63,462 nucleotides of DNA, filler included, from Anaerolineae bacterium (GCA_029262755.1; 6 parts of 6 records of this genome joined end to end with filler, not necessarily neighbours in it); one strand, 5' to 3'; counted from the whole stretch's first letter, positions 22,915 through 32,297 are shown. A program made the numbers and translations. Notes: generated from the sequence alone by a model not told the origin.

Positions 22915-23679
22915 ATGACAGACGCCGAAGTCCGCGTCGACGTCGTGATCCCCGTCTATAACGAAGCACACGTCCTCGCCGATTCCGTTCGCGCCTTGCG
23001 CGACTATCTCGCGAGGACGATGCCCTATTCCTGGCACGTTGTGATCGCCGACAACGCGTCGATCGACGGGACACAAGAGGTCGGCGAGGCGCTGGACGCG
23101 GAGTATGAGGACGTTCGCTATCTCCGCCTGGAGCAGAAGGGCAGAGGACGCGCGCTCAAGCAGGCGTGGCAGTCGAGCGATTCCGACGTCGTTTCGTACA
23201 TGGATGTCGATCTCTCGACGAACTTGGACGCGTTCCTGCCTTTGGTGTCCTCCATCGTCCACGGCGGCTATGACGTCGCGATCGGCTCTCGGCTCTCGCG
23301 CGAAGCCGCGGTGACACGTCAGTGGAAGCGCGAGTTCATCTCGCGCGGCTATAACCTGATGATCAAGTTCATGTTCCCGCGTCGCAGCTTTTCGGACGCC
23401 CAATGCGGCTTCAAGGCCGTTTCTCGTCGAGCAGCGGATGCGTTGTTGCCGATCATCGAGAACAACGAGTGGTTCTTCGACAGCGAACTCCTCTTGCGCG
23501 CCGAAGAACACGGGTACCGGGTGGCGGAAGTACCGGTCGAGTGGATCGAAGACCTCGACACGCGGGTGCGGATCGTCCAGACTGCCTTGGAGGATATCCG
23601 CGGGTTGTTGCGGGTTCGTTTCACGTCGCCCGTCCCTGTGAAGGCAGTGACACGGCGCGATGACGTCGCGGCCGGCTAG
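22915..23679 (+). CDS. GT2 polyprenyl-phosphate glycosyltransferase (DPG/DPM synthase-like)
   Basis: VVIPVYNE, ADNASIDGT, KGRGRA, YMDVD, DAQCGFKA, WFFDSELL; GGAGG RBS before ATG 22915. Confidence 0.92.
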   Translation: MTDAEVRVDVVIPVYNEAHVLADSVRALRDYLARTMPYSWHVVIADNASIDGTQEVGEALDAEYEDVRYLRLEQKGRGRALKQAWQSSDSDVVSYMDVDLSTNLDAFLPLVSSIVHGGYDVAIGSRLSREAAVTRQWKREFISRGYNLMIKFMFPRRSFSDAQCGFKAVSRRAADALLPIIENNEWFFDSELLLRAEEHGYRVAEVPVEWIEDLDTRVRIVQTALEDIRGLLRVRFTSPVPVKAVTRRDDVAAG

Positions 23680-23682
23680 ACG

Positions 23683-24156
23683 GTGTCGCTGACGCACCTC
23701 GATGCGCGGGGCCGGGCACGGATGGTCGACATCGGCGATAAGGACGTCACGCAGCGTGTTGCTCGTGCGCGGGGCCGGTTGCTCATGCTCGCCACGACGC
23801 TCGCCGAGATTCGCGAGGGGCGGTCCCCGAAAGGCGACGTCGTTGCGGTCGCACGTGTAGCCGGTATCCAAGCCGCCAAACGGACAGCGGAGCTCGTTCC
23901 GTTGTGCCACCCTCTTCCCCTATCCCGAATCGAGATCGAGATTGAGCCCGTTGAAGATCCTCCCGCCATCGAGGTGCAGGCGACGGTCGCGACGACGGCA
24001 CGCACAGGTGTGGAGATGGAGGCATTGACGGCCGTGAGCGTAGCGTTGCTGACGCTCTACGACATGGCGAAGGCGATCGAGCGGGGCATGACCATCAGTG
24101 ACATCGCCCTTGTTCAAAAAAGAGGGGGCGCCGGCGGCCCGTGGGAGCGGACGTAG
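23683..24156 (+). CDS. moaC: Cyclic pyranopterin monophosphate synthase
   Basis: LTHLD...ARMVDI, KGDV, AAKRTAELVPLCHPL, TGVEMEALT, YDMAKA. Confidence 0.97.
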   Translation: MSLTHLDARGRARMVDIGDKDVTQRVARARGRLLMLATTLAEIREGRSPKGDVVAVARVAGIQAAKRTAELVPLCHPLPLSRIEIEIEPVEDPPAIEVQATVATTARTGVEMEALTAVSVALLTLYDMAKAIERGMTISDIALVQKRGGAGGPWERT

Positions 24157-24283
24157 GCCGCGCCAAGAGGCAGCCGTTCAGCCCAACGTGCAGAATGGAC
24201 ATGAGCATTCAAGGCCTGGAGACCGCGTAGGCCCGAGCGCTACAGTGAACGCACCGAGCATCCACCGATGGGAGCAGGCCGGC

Positions 24284-25456
24284 ATGGCCAAGGCAAAGAG
24301 CGCTACGAAAGAGACCACCACGAAGGCGAAGAAGGCCAAGAAGGCGAAGGCGACCAAAGCGGGGCCGGTTCATCGCTTCGTAGACCGCGACGGCACGTTG
24401 GTTCCCGCGGCCGTGAAGACCTGGCGTGACGAAGAGAAGCGGCCGATGTTGCCGGTGATGCCCGCGTTCGACGCCAAGGCCATTGAGAAGGGCGATGATT
24501 CGCTTTGGCGCTACCGCGCGCTCCTGCCGCTCGAAGAGAAGGCCGTGCCGGTGCGGCTCGGTGAGGGTTGGACGCCGTTGATCCCAGCCTCGTTGGTCGG
24601 CATGGATGTTCGGGTCAAGCTGGAGTTCCTTCAGCCGACGGGATCCTACAAGGACCGCGGTTGCGCGGTCCTGGCCTCCGCACTGGGCGCGGCGAAGGCG
24701 CGCAGCGTCATCGAGGACTCCTCGGGCAACGCGGGAGCGAGCCTTGCCGCCTACATGGCTCGGTTGAACATTCCCATGACGCTCTACGTACCGGCGTCGG
24801 CCGAAGGCGGCATCAAGGTGCGTCAGGCCCTTGCCTGTGGAGCAGAGGTCGATACGGAATCCCCTACACGGGCCGATGCGACGCGCCGCGCACAGGACGC
24901 CCTTTCCGGCAGCACGGTCTACGCGAGCCACGTGTACTCGCCCCATTTCCTGGCAGGGCTGATGACCTGTGCCTGGGAGATTTGGGAGCAGATGGGCGAG
25001 TCTCCGGACAATCTGGTCGTGCCCGTCGGACACGGACTGCTGCTGCTCGGCCTGCACATGGGCTTTGCGACCTTGCGTGAAGCCGGTCTGAGCGACAAGA
25101 CGCCTCGGATCTTCGGCGTGCAGGCGCGTTCGTGTTCGCCGGTGTTCGACGCCTTCATGCGCGGCGCGGATGATACCTTTCCCGGGCCCATACAAGAGAC
25201 CATCGCGCTCGGTCTGCAGATCGAAAACCCCCCGCGCAGCCCGGAGGTACTTGCGGCTGTCCGGGAGTCTAAAGGGGCGATGCTCAACGTAAGCGAGTCC
25301 GAGATTCGCAGGGGAATGGCCCTGGCCGCCAATCTTGGCTACTTCGTGGAACCGTCTACGGCCGTTGCGGTGGCCGGCGTTGTCAAGTTGGACAAACAGA
25401 TTGAGCTCGGCGAAACGGTCGTGCTGCCGTTGACAGGAACGGGACTCAAGCTCTAG
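24284..25456 (+). CDS. Threonine-synthase-like fold-type II PLP enzyme with Lys/Ala-rich N-terminal tail
   Basis: SLWRY, LGEGWTPL, PTGSYKDRG, DSSGNAGAS, PVGHG, VEPSTA, LTGTGLK. Confidence 0.85.
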   Translation: MAKAKSATKETTTKAKKAKKAKATKAGPVHRFVDRDGTLVPAAVKTWRDEEKRPMLPVMPAFDAKAIEKGDDSLWRYRALLPLEEKAVPVRLGEGWTPLIPASLVGMDVRVKLEFLQPTGSYKDRGCAVLASALGAAKARSVIEDSSGNAGASLAAYMARLNIPMTLYVPASAEGGIKVRQALACGAEVDTESPTRADATRRAQDALSGSTVYASHVYSPHFLAGLMTCAWEIWEQMGESPDNLVVPVGHGLLLLGLHMGFATLREAGLSDKTPRIFGVQARSCSPVFDAFMRGADDTFPGPIQETIALGLQIENPPRSPEVLAAVRESKGAMLNVSESEIRRGMALAANLGYFVEPSTAVAVAGVVKLDKQIELGETVVLPLTGTGLKL

Positions 25457-25545
25457 GGAGCACGGACGTGCAGCCGAAAGCGTACAGCTGCTGATGATGC
25501 CACCCGAACGGGTGCTCCCTGATCGAGGCGCGAGAGGAATCCGGT

Positions 25546-26625
25546 ATGTATCGAAGCAAGGTGGGCAAGACGTCCGGTGAGATCCGGCTGACCCAGCTTT
25601 CCAGTTGCGCCGGCTGAGCGTCCAAAATGGGCCCCGAGGCCCTGGCGCACGTGCTGCGCCCGCTCGCCGCAATGTTCAACCCCGCCGACTACCCCGACCT
25701 GCTCGTCGGGCTGGACGGTGCGGACGACGCCGCCGTGTATCGACGTTCCGAAGACGAGGCGATCGTTGTGACCACGGACTTCTTCACACCGGTGGTCGAC
25801 GATCCCTACGCCTACGGGGCGATCGCCGCCGCCAACGCCATGAGCGACGTGTTCGCGATGGGCGCAAGCGTGCTGCTCGCGCTCAACCTCGTTGCGTTTC
25901 CCGAGGATCTCGACCCCGAGATTGCCGCAGAGATCATCCGCGGCGGCGCGGAGAAGGTGCGCGAAGCGGGCGGCGTGGTCGCGGGCGGCCATAGCGTCTA
26001 CGATCGCGAACCGAAGTTCGGCCTGGCGGTCGTCGGGCGAGTCGATCCGCGTCGAATCTTGCGCAAGGCCGGTGCCCGGGTCGGCGATCTACTGGTGTTG
26101 ACCAAGCCCCTCGGCACGGGCTTGCTGACCACGGCGCTCAAGCGTGGCGCAATAGATGAGGCGAGTATCGACGCTGCAGCCCACTCCATGGCGCGGCTCA
26201 ATGCGACGGCAGGGTCGGCGGCCGGCGCCGCGGGGGCCTCGGCCGCCACGGATATCACGGGCTTCGGCCTTGCCGGACACGGCCTGGAGATGGCCGAGCG
26301 CTCCGGCGTCCGGCTGGCCTTCGATCTGTCTGCACTTCCGTTGCTGGACGGGGCTCGTGCGCTGGCTGGCGACGGTTTCGCGCCGGGCGGCAGCGCCCGC
26401 AACATGGCGGCCTTCGAATCGAGCGTGGCAGGCATGACGTCCATCCAAGATGCCGAGACCTGGTCCGACTTGATCTACGACCCGCAAACCTCGGGGGGGC
26501 TGCTGATCGCCGTCGATCCGGGCGACCTGCCGGCCCTGCAAGGCGCCATGGGGGACCAGGCCTCCGACGCGGTCGTGGTCGGTGTCGTGGAATCGGGCGC
26601 TGGAATTCGGGTGTTCGGCGCGTGA
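25546..26625 (+). CDS. selD: Selenide, water dikinase with in-frame UGA (selenocysteine)
   Basis: From ATG 25546 (GAGGA RBS) the frame reads ...IRLTQLSSCAG-UGA(25615-25617)-ASKMGP; body has DDAAVY, TTDFFTPVVDDPY, NAMSDVFAMG, GGHS, TDITGFGL, DPQTSGGLL. Confidence 0.93.
25618..25648 (+). promoter_or_regulatory. Candidate bacterial SECIS hairpin
   Basis: GGGCC-CCGA-GGCCC upper stem starting 11 nt after the UGA, with lower stem GCG(T)CCA/TGGCGC. Confidence 0.55.
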
Positions 26626-27908
26626 ATGTTGGTGCGCACCGACCCCGCGTCGTCGTGACGGGGCTAGGCCTCGTCTGCCCGCTCGGAGTTGGCGTCGAGG
26701 CAAGCTGGCTCGCCGCGAAGAAGGGAGTTTCCACCGCGAGTCGAATTGAGGATTTCGCGACGGACGATCTGCTGACCAAGATCGCATGTCGCGTGCCGGG
26801 TTTCGACGCCGCGGATTGGATGTCGCTCAAGCAGGCACGCCGGTGGGATCCCAACATCCAATACGCGGTTGCCGCCGCACGGCAAGCGGCCGACGCGGCG
26901 CACATGGACGACTCGCTCGATCCCGATCGCTGCGGCGTGCTTATCGGTAGCGGAATCGGAGGACTGCACACGCTCGAAGTCGGGTTCGAGGCCATGATCA
27001 CGCGCAGCGCCATGCGGGTGAGTCCTACGACCGGCGCGATGATGATTCCGGACATGGCCGCCGGCCAGGTCGCCATCGAACTCGGCCTTCGCGGCCCCAA
27101 TTTCTGCGTCGTCTCCGCGTGCGCGACCGGATCGCACGCCCTGGGCGAGGCGTCGGAGATCATCCGGCGGGGCGACGCGGATCTCATGGTGGCCGGCGCA
27201 ACGGAGGCCGGCGTTAACCGGTTTGGGCTCGCTGCGTTCCACCGCTCCGGTGCCATGTCCACCCGCAACGACGATCCGAAGCACGCGAGCCGGCCCTTCG
27301 AGCGCGACCGCGACGGGTTTGTAATGGGCGAAGGAGCGGGCATCCTCGTTCTCGAATCCGAAGAGCATGCTCGCGCACGCGGCGCCGCGGTCCTCGCCGA
27401 GTTGGCGGGCTACGGGGCAACGGCGGACGCCTACCATCAAACCGCGCCTCGTGAGGACGGCGCCGGTGCCGTATCAGCTATGCGGCGGGCCCTGGTCAAG
27501 GCCGAACTGGCACCGGAGGACATCGACTACGTGAACGCACACGGAACCGGAACGCCGCTCAACGATGCCGCGGAGTCCGGCGCCCTCCATGCAGTGTTTG
27601 GCGAGCATGCCAAGCACATACCCGTCAGCTCCACCAAGAGCATGCACGGTCACTGCATGGGGGCCGCGGGCGGCATCGAGGCCGTGCTGTGCGTGCTTGC
27701 GATGCGAGATGGGGTCTTGCCGCCCACCATCAACTACGAGTCGCCCGATCCGGCGTGTGCGCTGGACGTGGTCCCGAACGTGGCTCGCACGGTTGCGGAG
27801 CCGATCCGGGCCGTTCTCAGCAACTCCTTCGGCTTCGGTGGACATAACGCTGCCCTCGTGCTTCGCGCGCCGATGCCGAACTCGGCGCAATCGGCAGGCC
27901 CGTCATGA
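26622..27908 (+). CDS. fabF: Beta-ketoacyl-ACP synthase II
   Basis: VVVTGLG, SACATG, NAHGTGT, STKSMHGH, NSFGFGGHN. Confidence 0.95.
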   Translation: MNVGAHRPRVVVTGLGLVCPLGVGVEASWLAAKKGVSTASRIEDFATDDLLTKIACRVPGFDAADWMSLKQARRWDPNIQYAVAAARQAADAAHMDDSLDPDRCGVLIGSGIGGLHTLEVGFEAMITRSAMRVSPTTGAMMIPDMAAGQVAIELGLRGPNFCVVSACATGSHALGEASEIIRRGDADLMVAGATEAGVNRFGLAAFHRSGAMSTRNDDPKHASRPFERDRDGFVMGEGAGILVLESEEHARARGAAVLAELAGYGATADAYHQTAPREDGAGAVSAMRRALVKAELAPEDIDYVNAHGTGTPLNDAAESGALHAVFGEHAKHIPVSSTKSMHGHCMGAAGGIEAVLCVLAMRDGVLPPTINYESPDPACALDVVPNVARTVAEPIRAVLSNSFGFGGHNAALVLRAPMPNSAQSAGPS

Positions 27909-28807
27909 GCGAGCGCCTCGCCCTCGAAGCCACGCCCTCCGCGCCGGACGACCCGCAGCGAGATGCCGCACTCTCCGCGTTGGAAGAGCAGCTTGGCGTG
28001 CGGTTCCGTGATCGGCGATGGCTGCTGCGGGCACTGACCCATCGATCTTGGCTCAACGAGTACGTGGAGCCAGGCGCGGCCGACAACGAGCGGCTCGAGT
28101 TTCTCGGCGACGCGTTCATCGATCTAGTCGCCGGCGAGTACTTGTTTCGCGAGTTACCGGACGCAAAGGAAGGTGTGCTGACCATGTTGCGCTCTGCGCT
28201 CGTGCAAGAGCCGACGCTCGGACGCGTCGCGGCGCGCCTGCACCTGGGCGAGCACCTGCGTCTGGGACGCGGCGAAGCACAGAGCGGGGGGCGCGAACGA
28301 CCGGCCATTCTCTGCGACGCGATCGAGGCACTGACCGGCGCCTTGTACTTGGATTCCGGATTCGCGGTGGCCGAGGAAGCAGTGCTGCGCTGGCTCGCTC
28401 CCGAGCTGGAAGAAGTGCTCGCCGCGGACGGCACAAAGGACCCAAAAAGCGCGTTCCAGGAGCGCGTGCAGGCCACGTGGCAAGTGACGCCGCGCTACGT
28501 GACCGTCGCGGAGTCCGGACCCGATCACGACAAGCGGTTTGTCGTCGAAGTGTGGGTGGGGGATCGGATGTGGTCCACGGGCGAAGGACGATCGAAAGCA
28601 CTCGCTGCACGTTCCGCCGCCCGGACAGCGCTGCGCGCGGTCGACGCCTTGCTCGATGATGGGGAAGCCGGGGCGATTGCTCGGGGCGTGGACGCGGATG
28701 ACGGCGCCGACGTCAACGCGCCGATCGGGTGGCACAACTCGGGTGAGGAAACGTCGAGCCCGCTTCCACAATCGGCCGGGTCGCGCGCGGGACCATCGGA
28801 CACCTGA
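27905..28807 (+). CDS. rnc: Ribonuclease III
   Basis: ALTHRS, NERLEFLGDA, DAIEALTGALYLD; dsRBD DPKSAFQE...GPDHDKRF. Confidence 0.96.
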   Translation: MSERLALEATPSAPDDPQRDAALSALEEQLGVRFRDRRWLLRALTHRSWLNEYVEPGAADNERLEFLGDAFIDLVAGEYLFRELPDAKEGVLTMLRSALVQEPTLGRVAARLHLGEHLRLGRGEAQSGGRERPAILCDAIEALTGALYLDSGFAVAEEAVLRWLAPELEEVLAADGTKDPKSAFQERVQATWQVTPRYVTVAESGPDHDKRFVVEVWVGDRMWSTGEGRSKALAARSAARTALRAVDALLDDGEAGAIARGVDADDGADVNAPIGWHNSGEETSSPLPQSAGSRAGPSDT

Positions 28808-29982
28808 TGGTCCGCCTCGGCAGGGACGGGAAGGCGGCTCGTTCGCGCCTCCGGCCTCCGAGCCTCGGGTTCCCAAGGCGAGGCGGCGGAGGTGGGGTTA
28901 GCGCGGGGCTGCGTTTCTTTTTGCTCGTCGGCGCCTTCCTAGGAACGTGCATGGCGATGCTGCTTGCCGCAGACGTTCGCGCTCAGAACGAGCTCTCGGT
29001 TTCGGCGCTGCGCGAGAGCGTGGAGGAACTCGGCGGACGGCAACGCTTCGTCCTGCGAGGAATCGTAGCCAACGAAGGCGCCCAGGCTCTGCAATTTGAC
29101 GGCGTGCGCCTTGCGATGCTCGACCGCCTTGGGGCGGAGACCGCCATCGGATACGGGTTGCCGCTGCGCACGGTTCTCGGCGTGGGTGAAGACGTGCCGT
29201 TCGAAGTGCAAGCGCTGCTGCTTCCGGACCAGGACCGGAGCCTGTTTCAACTCGAACCATTGGTGGGGGGTCCCGCACCCGAACCGCTGCGACCACTCCG
29301 TGTCTCCGGCATCGTATCGCGCACGCTCGACGGTTCCCCCACATTGCTCGGTGACCTGACCAACGAGGGTGCGCGTTACTTGCTTGCCGCGGAAGACCGG
29401 GTACATGTGGCGTTTCTGGACGAGGAAGGTCGCGTGCTGGCACTGCGCGCGGCGACGTTACCCGTCCTGCAAGGGGCGGGGATCTCCGGGCAGGGTCACG
29501 GTCCAGGAGAGACCTATCCCTGGCTGCTTGTGTTGCCGGACGTGGAACGTTCGCGGCGCCGAATGTGGACAACGTCGGTGGAATACCCGGACGACGTCTT
29601 TCCGGTACCCCTCGGGCTGACCAACACGCAATTTGCGGAGGACGGCGAGGCGCTCCACGTGGAGGCCGACCTCGTGCACTGCGGCTTCGCACGCGTGTCG
29701 GACGCGCGGTTGGTCGTTGTTCAGCGCGACGACGATGGAGCGCTACGCAGCTTCGCGGCCGCGCGATTGCGACTACCGCGGACTCTCGAGATGGGAGCAA
29801 CGCTGCCGGTTCGCATCGAGATCGCAGGACGTGGGCTGGCCGATGTCCCGGGCCTGGAGCTGCGCGCTTACGCGCTGGCCTATCAGGCAGTGCCGCCGAC
29901 CGCGTGGCCGTGCTCGCAACCCACACCGGACGTTCGCCGCATTTGGTTGCCTACGCTGGCGCACACATCGGAGATTCGTTGA
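28807..29982 (+). CDS. Exported beta-rich hypothetical protein (tandem Ig-like modules)
   Basis: Hydrophobic signal ending VRA; repeated G-x-[VL]-x-N-E-G...F/M-L-D modules; C-terminal IWLPTL. Exact start uncertain. Confidence 0.65.
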   Translation: MVRLGRDGKAARSRLRPPSLGFPRRGGGGGVSAGLRFFLLVGAFLGTCMAMLLAADVRAQNELSVSALRESVEELGGRQRFVLRGIVANEGAQALQFDGVRLAMLDRLGAETAIGYGLPLRTVLGVGEDVPFEVQALLLPDQDRSLFQLEPLVGGPAPEPLRPLRVSGIVSRTLDGSPTLLGDLTNEGARYLLAAEDRVHVAFLDEEGRVLALRAATLPVLQGAGISGQGHGPGETYPWLLVLPDVERSRRRMWTTSVEYPDDVFPVPLGLTNTQFAEDGEALHVEADLVHCGFARVSDARLVVVQRDDDGALRSFAAARLRLPRTLEMGATLPVRIEIAGRGLADVPGLELRAYALAYQAVPPTAWPCSQPTPDVRRIWLPTLAHTSEIR

Positions 29983-30038
29983 CCCTGGTGGGGGGCCGAC
30001 CTTAGAATCGCCGACGCGAACACCCGAGGAGTGGGACC

Positions 30039-30641
30039 ATGAGCCAACAGGATGGCGCCGCGCCGGACACGGATTCGCCGGACACCGTAGATGCGGCCAC
30101 GGCTGGATCGGACGCTGTGGCTGCCAACGCGGACCGGACGGACGCGGTTGCTCCGGAGGCGTATCGCGCCGTGATGCGGCGGTGGCCGAGCGGCGTCACG
30201 ATCGTGACGATGTGCGACGGGGAGCAGCGACACGGGATGACGGCCAGCGCGTTTACGTCGGTTTCCCTCTCTCCGCCAATGATTCTTATCGTCGTCGACC
30301 AACGCTGGCAATCGCATGCCTTGATCGCGGCCGGCGGCCAGTTCTGCGTCAATATCCTTGCCGCGAACCAATCACAATGGTCCGATCGTTTTGCGGGCCG
30401 GCATGGAGAGATGCCCGACCGCTTCGTCGACGTGCCGCATTCCGTCGCCGCGACGGGCGCGCCCGTCCTCGACGATGCCCTGGCGTGGCTTGATTGCGTC
30501 GTCGCCCAACAGCACGCCGCCGGGGATCACACGGTCTTCATCGCCAAGGTCGTGGCGGCGGGCGTAGGCCCGTCCGATCAAGGGCCGTTGCTATATCACG
30601 ACGGCGACTATCGGGGCGTGCGAGACCTGCCGAGCGGCTGA
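30039..30641 (+). CDS. Flavin reductase family protein
   Basis: WPSGVTIVT, HGMTASAFTSVSLSPP, FCVNIL, AGDHTVFI, PLLY; GGAG RBS and upstream TTGACC-18-TAGAAT. Confidence 0.93.
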   Translation: MSQQDGAAPDTDSPDTVDAATAGSDAVAANADRTDAVAPEAYRAVMRRWPSGVTIVTMCDGEQRHGMTASAFTSVSLSPPMILIVVDQRWQSHALIAAGGQFCVNILAANQSQWSDRFAGRHGEMPDRFVDVPHSVAATGAPVLDDALAWLDCVVAQQHAAGDHTVFIAKVVAAGVGPSDQGPLLYHDGDYRGVRDLPSG

Positions 30642-30684
30642 GCCCGGCTAGCCTGCAGCGCGGTGGCCTTCGCGTGTCCGTGCG

Positions 30685-31458
30685 CTAGGGGGCCGCCGTA
30701 GCCACCGCGATGGGCGATGCGGCCGGTTGGATGATAGCGCTGTCCAAGAGCCCGCTTGTCTCGTCTTGTCCGGCAGCCGCATCCGAGCCGGGTGGGAACG
30801 TCGGCGACGCGGCCGGCGGCGCCCATTGTCCGGGCGTGATCGTGGGCACGAGGTACTCCGCCGCGCCCCAGCCGATATTGCCTTGATCGTCGCGCAGCCG
30901 CCACCACGTGAGGCCATCGGACTGTTCGGGGCCCCCCGTGACCTCCAGCGTCTCCCCCTCGTCCGCGAAACGAATCGTGACGAAGTCTAGGCCCGGACCG
31001 AAGCGCATTCGCAACCCGTAGGCGCCCGTACCTGTCACGCGCGCAAAGGACCCGGTTTGGAGCGCTGCAGAGGCCGAAACGGTCGATACGACAGCGCTTG
31101 TCGCAACCGCGCCGGGCGCCTGGGCGGCGCTCGGCGTCGTGCTGGCGGCACCGGAATCGGTGGTCGGCGCGGCGGTTGCCGGTGCGCTCGCTTCGGGTGT
31201 GGATGCCGCTGCCGCTCCGGCTGTACTCGTGGGCGACACGCTGCGCGGCGTGGCCGTCAACGCGCTCGCGCCGTCGTCGGGCGCGCTGCCGGGCAACGGA
31301 CCAAAGAACAAATAGAGGGTTGCGAGCAACACGGCGACAAGGAGGATGGCCGCGGCCGTTTGCAGGCTCACGCCGCCGGGCAACTCCGGGCCGTCCGACG
31401 CCTCGCGCGCGCCGCGCTGGGGCTCGTCTTCGTAGCCGTCGTAGTCGAAATCGTTCAC
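30685..31458 (-). CDS. Single-pass membrane protein with bacterial SH3 domain
   Basis: One TM segment, A/T/P linker, GLRMRFGPG...VTGGPEQSDGLTWWRL...GWGAAEYL. Start re-called at GTG 31458 (CAGGAG RBS). Confidence 0.85.
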   Translation of the reverse strand: MNDFDYDGYEDEPQRGAREASDGPELPGGVSLQTAAAILLVAVLLATLYLFFGPLPGSAPDDGASALTATPRSVSPTSTAGAAAASTPEASAPATAAPTTDSGAASTTPSAAQAPGAVATSAVVSTVSASAALQTGSFARVTGTGAYGLRMRFGPGLDFVTIRFADEGETLEVTGGPEQSDGLTWWRLRDDQGNIGWGAAEYLVPTITPGQWAPPAASPTFPPGSDAAAGQDETSGLLDSAIIQPAASPIAVATAAP

Positions 31459-31589
31459 CGTTGCACGCTCCTGATCACGGCACGGGCCATGCCGGGTGGT
31501 CTCGGTCTGCGGCCGCGCACGGATCTCGGCGACGGCCGGCGCGATGGTAGCCGAAGGCGTGAGCGCCGTCGAGTAGGGCGCTGGGCTCG

Positions 31590-31618
31590 TTGACCCTATC
31601 GTCACTCAGTCCTAGACT
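31590..31618 (+). promoter_or_regulatory. Sigma70-type promoter pointing off the contig end
   Basis: TTGACC-17 bp-TAGACT. Confidence 0.55.
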
Positions 31619-31658
31619 GTCGAGCTTCGTTGCTATGTTCGCTGAGGGGAATGCGCCG

Positions 31659-31758
31659 NNNNNNNNNNNNNNNNNNNNNNNNNNNNNNNNNNNNNNNNNN
31701 NNTTAATTAATTAANNNNNNNNNNNNNNNNNNNNNNNNNNNNNNNNNNNNNNNNNNNN
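31659..31758. other. Artificial contig linker
   Basis: N-run with TTAATTAATTAA. Confidence 0.99.
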
Positions 31759-31850
31759 TCCCGTGCGAACCGGAGTGGCCGTAGAGGAAGGTAGTAGGAA
31801 TCTAGAGCGGTACGTTGAGGCGAACCGGGAGACGATGTCGACGGCATGCG

Positions 31851-32297
31851 TTAGGGCAGATGAACGAGCTGCTCCCGCACGCGGGCGACAACGTCGCCCG
31901 GTTCCAGGACCTCCATACCGGGCAAGCCTGGGCGGAAGTGGCGCGTATTGAACGTCGTAAGAATCGGACACTGTGCGTCGGCGGCCGCGACGAGAATCGG
32001 CAGATCCTTCCAGTCCGCTCTTCCTGCGCAAGCATGCACTCTCTCCCGCGCGGGATCGGGAACGATCCGCAAGGCGCGTCTTACCAGGTATTCGAGCGTG
32101 GGCACGGATTGCGGCACTTTGCGTTCGAGATTGCGAGCGGCCTCCGTCGCGACCTGGACGGAGGCGATACCTTCGATGAGCGTGATCTCGGAAAGGCGCA
32201 GCAATACAAGGCTCGCACCGTATTCGGATGGAGAGGCCGCCGCCGCGAATAGAACGTCTGCATCGAAGAACAGCCGCAACCTATTGCCCTTCGGCAT
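31851..32297 (-). CDS. PIN-domain (VapC-like) toxin
   Basis: LFFDADVLFAA, EAARNL, KDLPILVAA, LTTFNTRHF. Start ATG 32297. Confidence 0.85.
   Translation of the reverse strand: MPKGNRLRLFFDADVLFAAAASPSEYGASLVLLRLSEITLIEGIASVQVATEAARNLERKVPQSVPTLEYLVRRALRIVPDPARERVHACAGRADWKDLPILVAAADAQCPILTTFNTRHFRPGLPGMEVLEPGDVVARVREQLVHLP

Noticed and set aside
25470..25505. Hammerhead ribozyme or fluoride riboswitch (GAAA...CTGATGA)
   Set aside because: Only 11 nt separate GAAA from CTGATGA, too few for hammerhead stems I and III, and stem II cannot form. The 5' GGnGAUGG/P1 element of the fluoride riboswitch is absent.
25615..25617. selD as a nonsense pseudogene
   Set aside because: The stop is TGA exactly at the catalytic Cys/Sec position, with a downstream hairpin and an otherwise intact gene, so Sec recoding is the better explanation.
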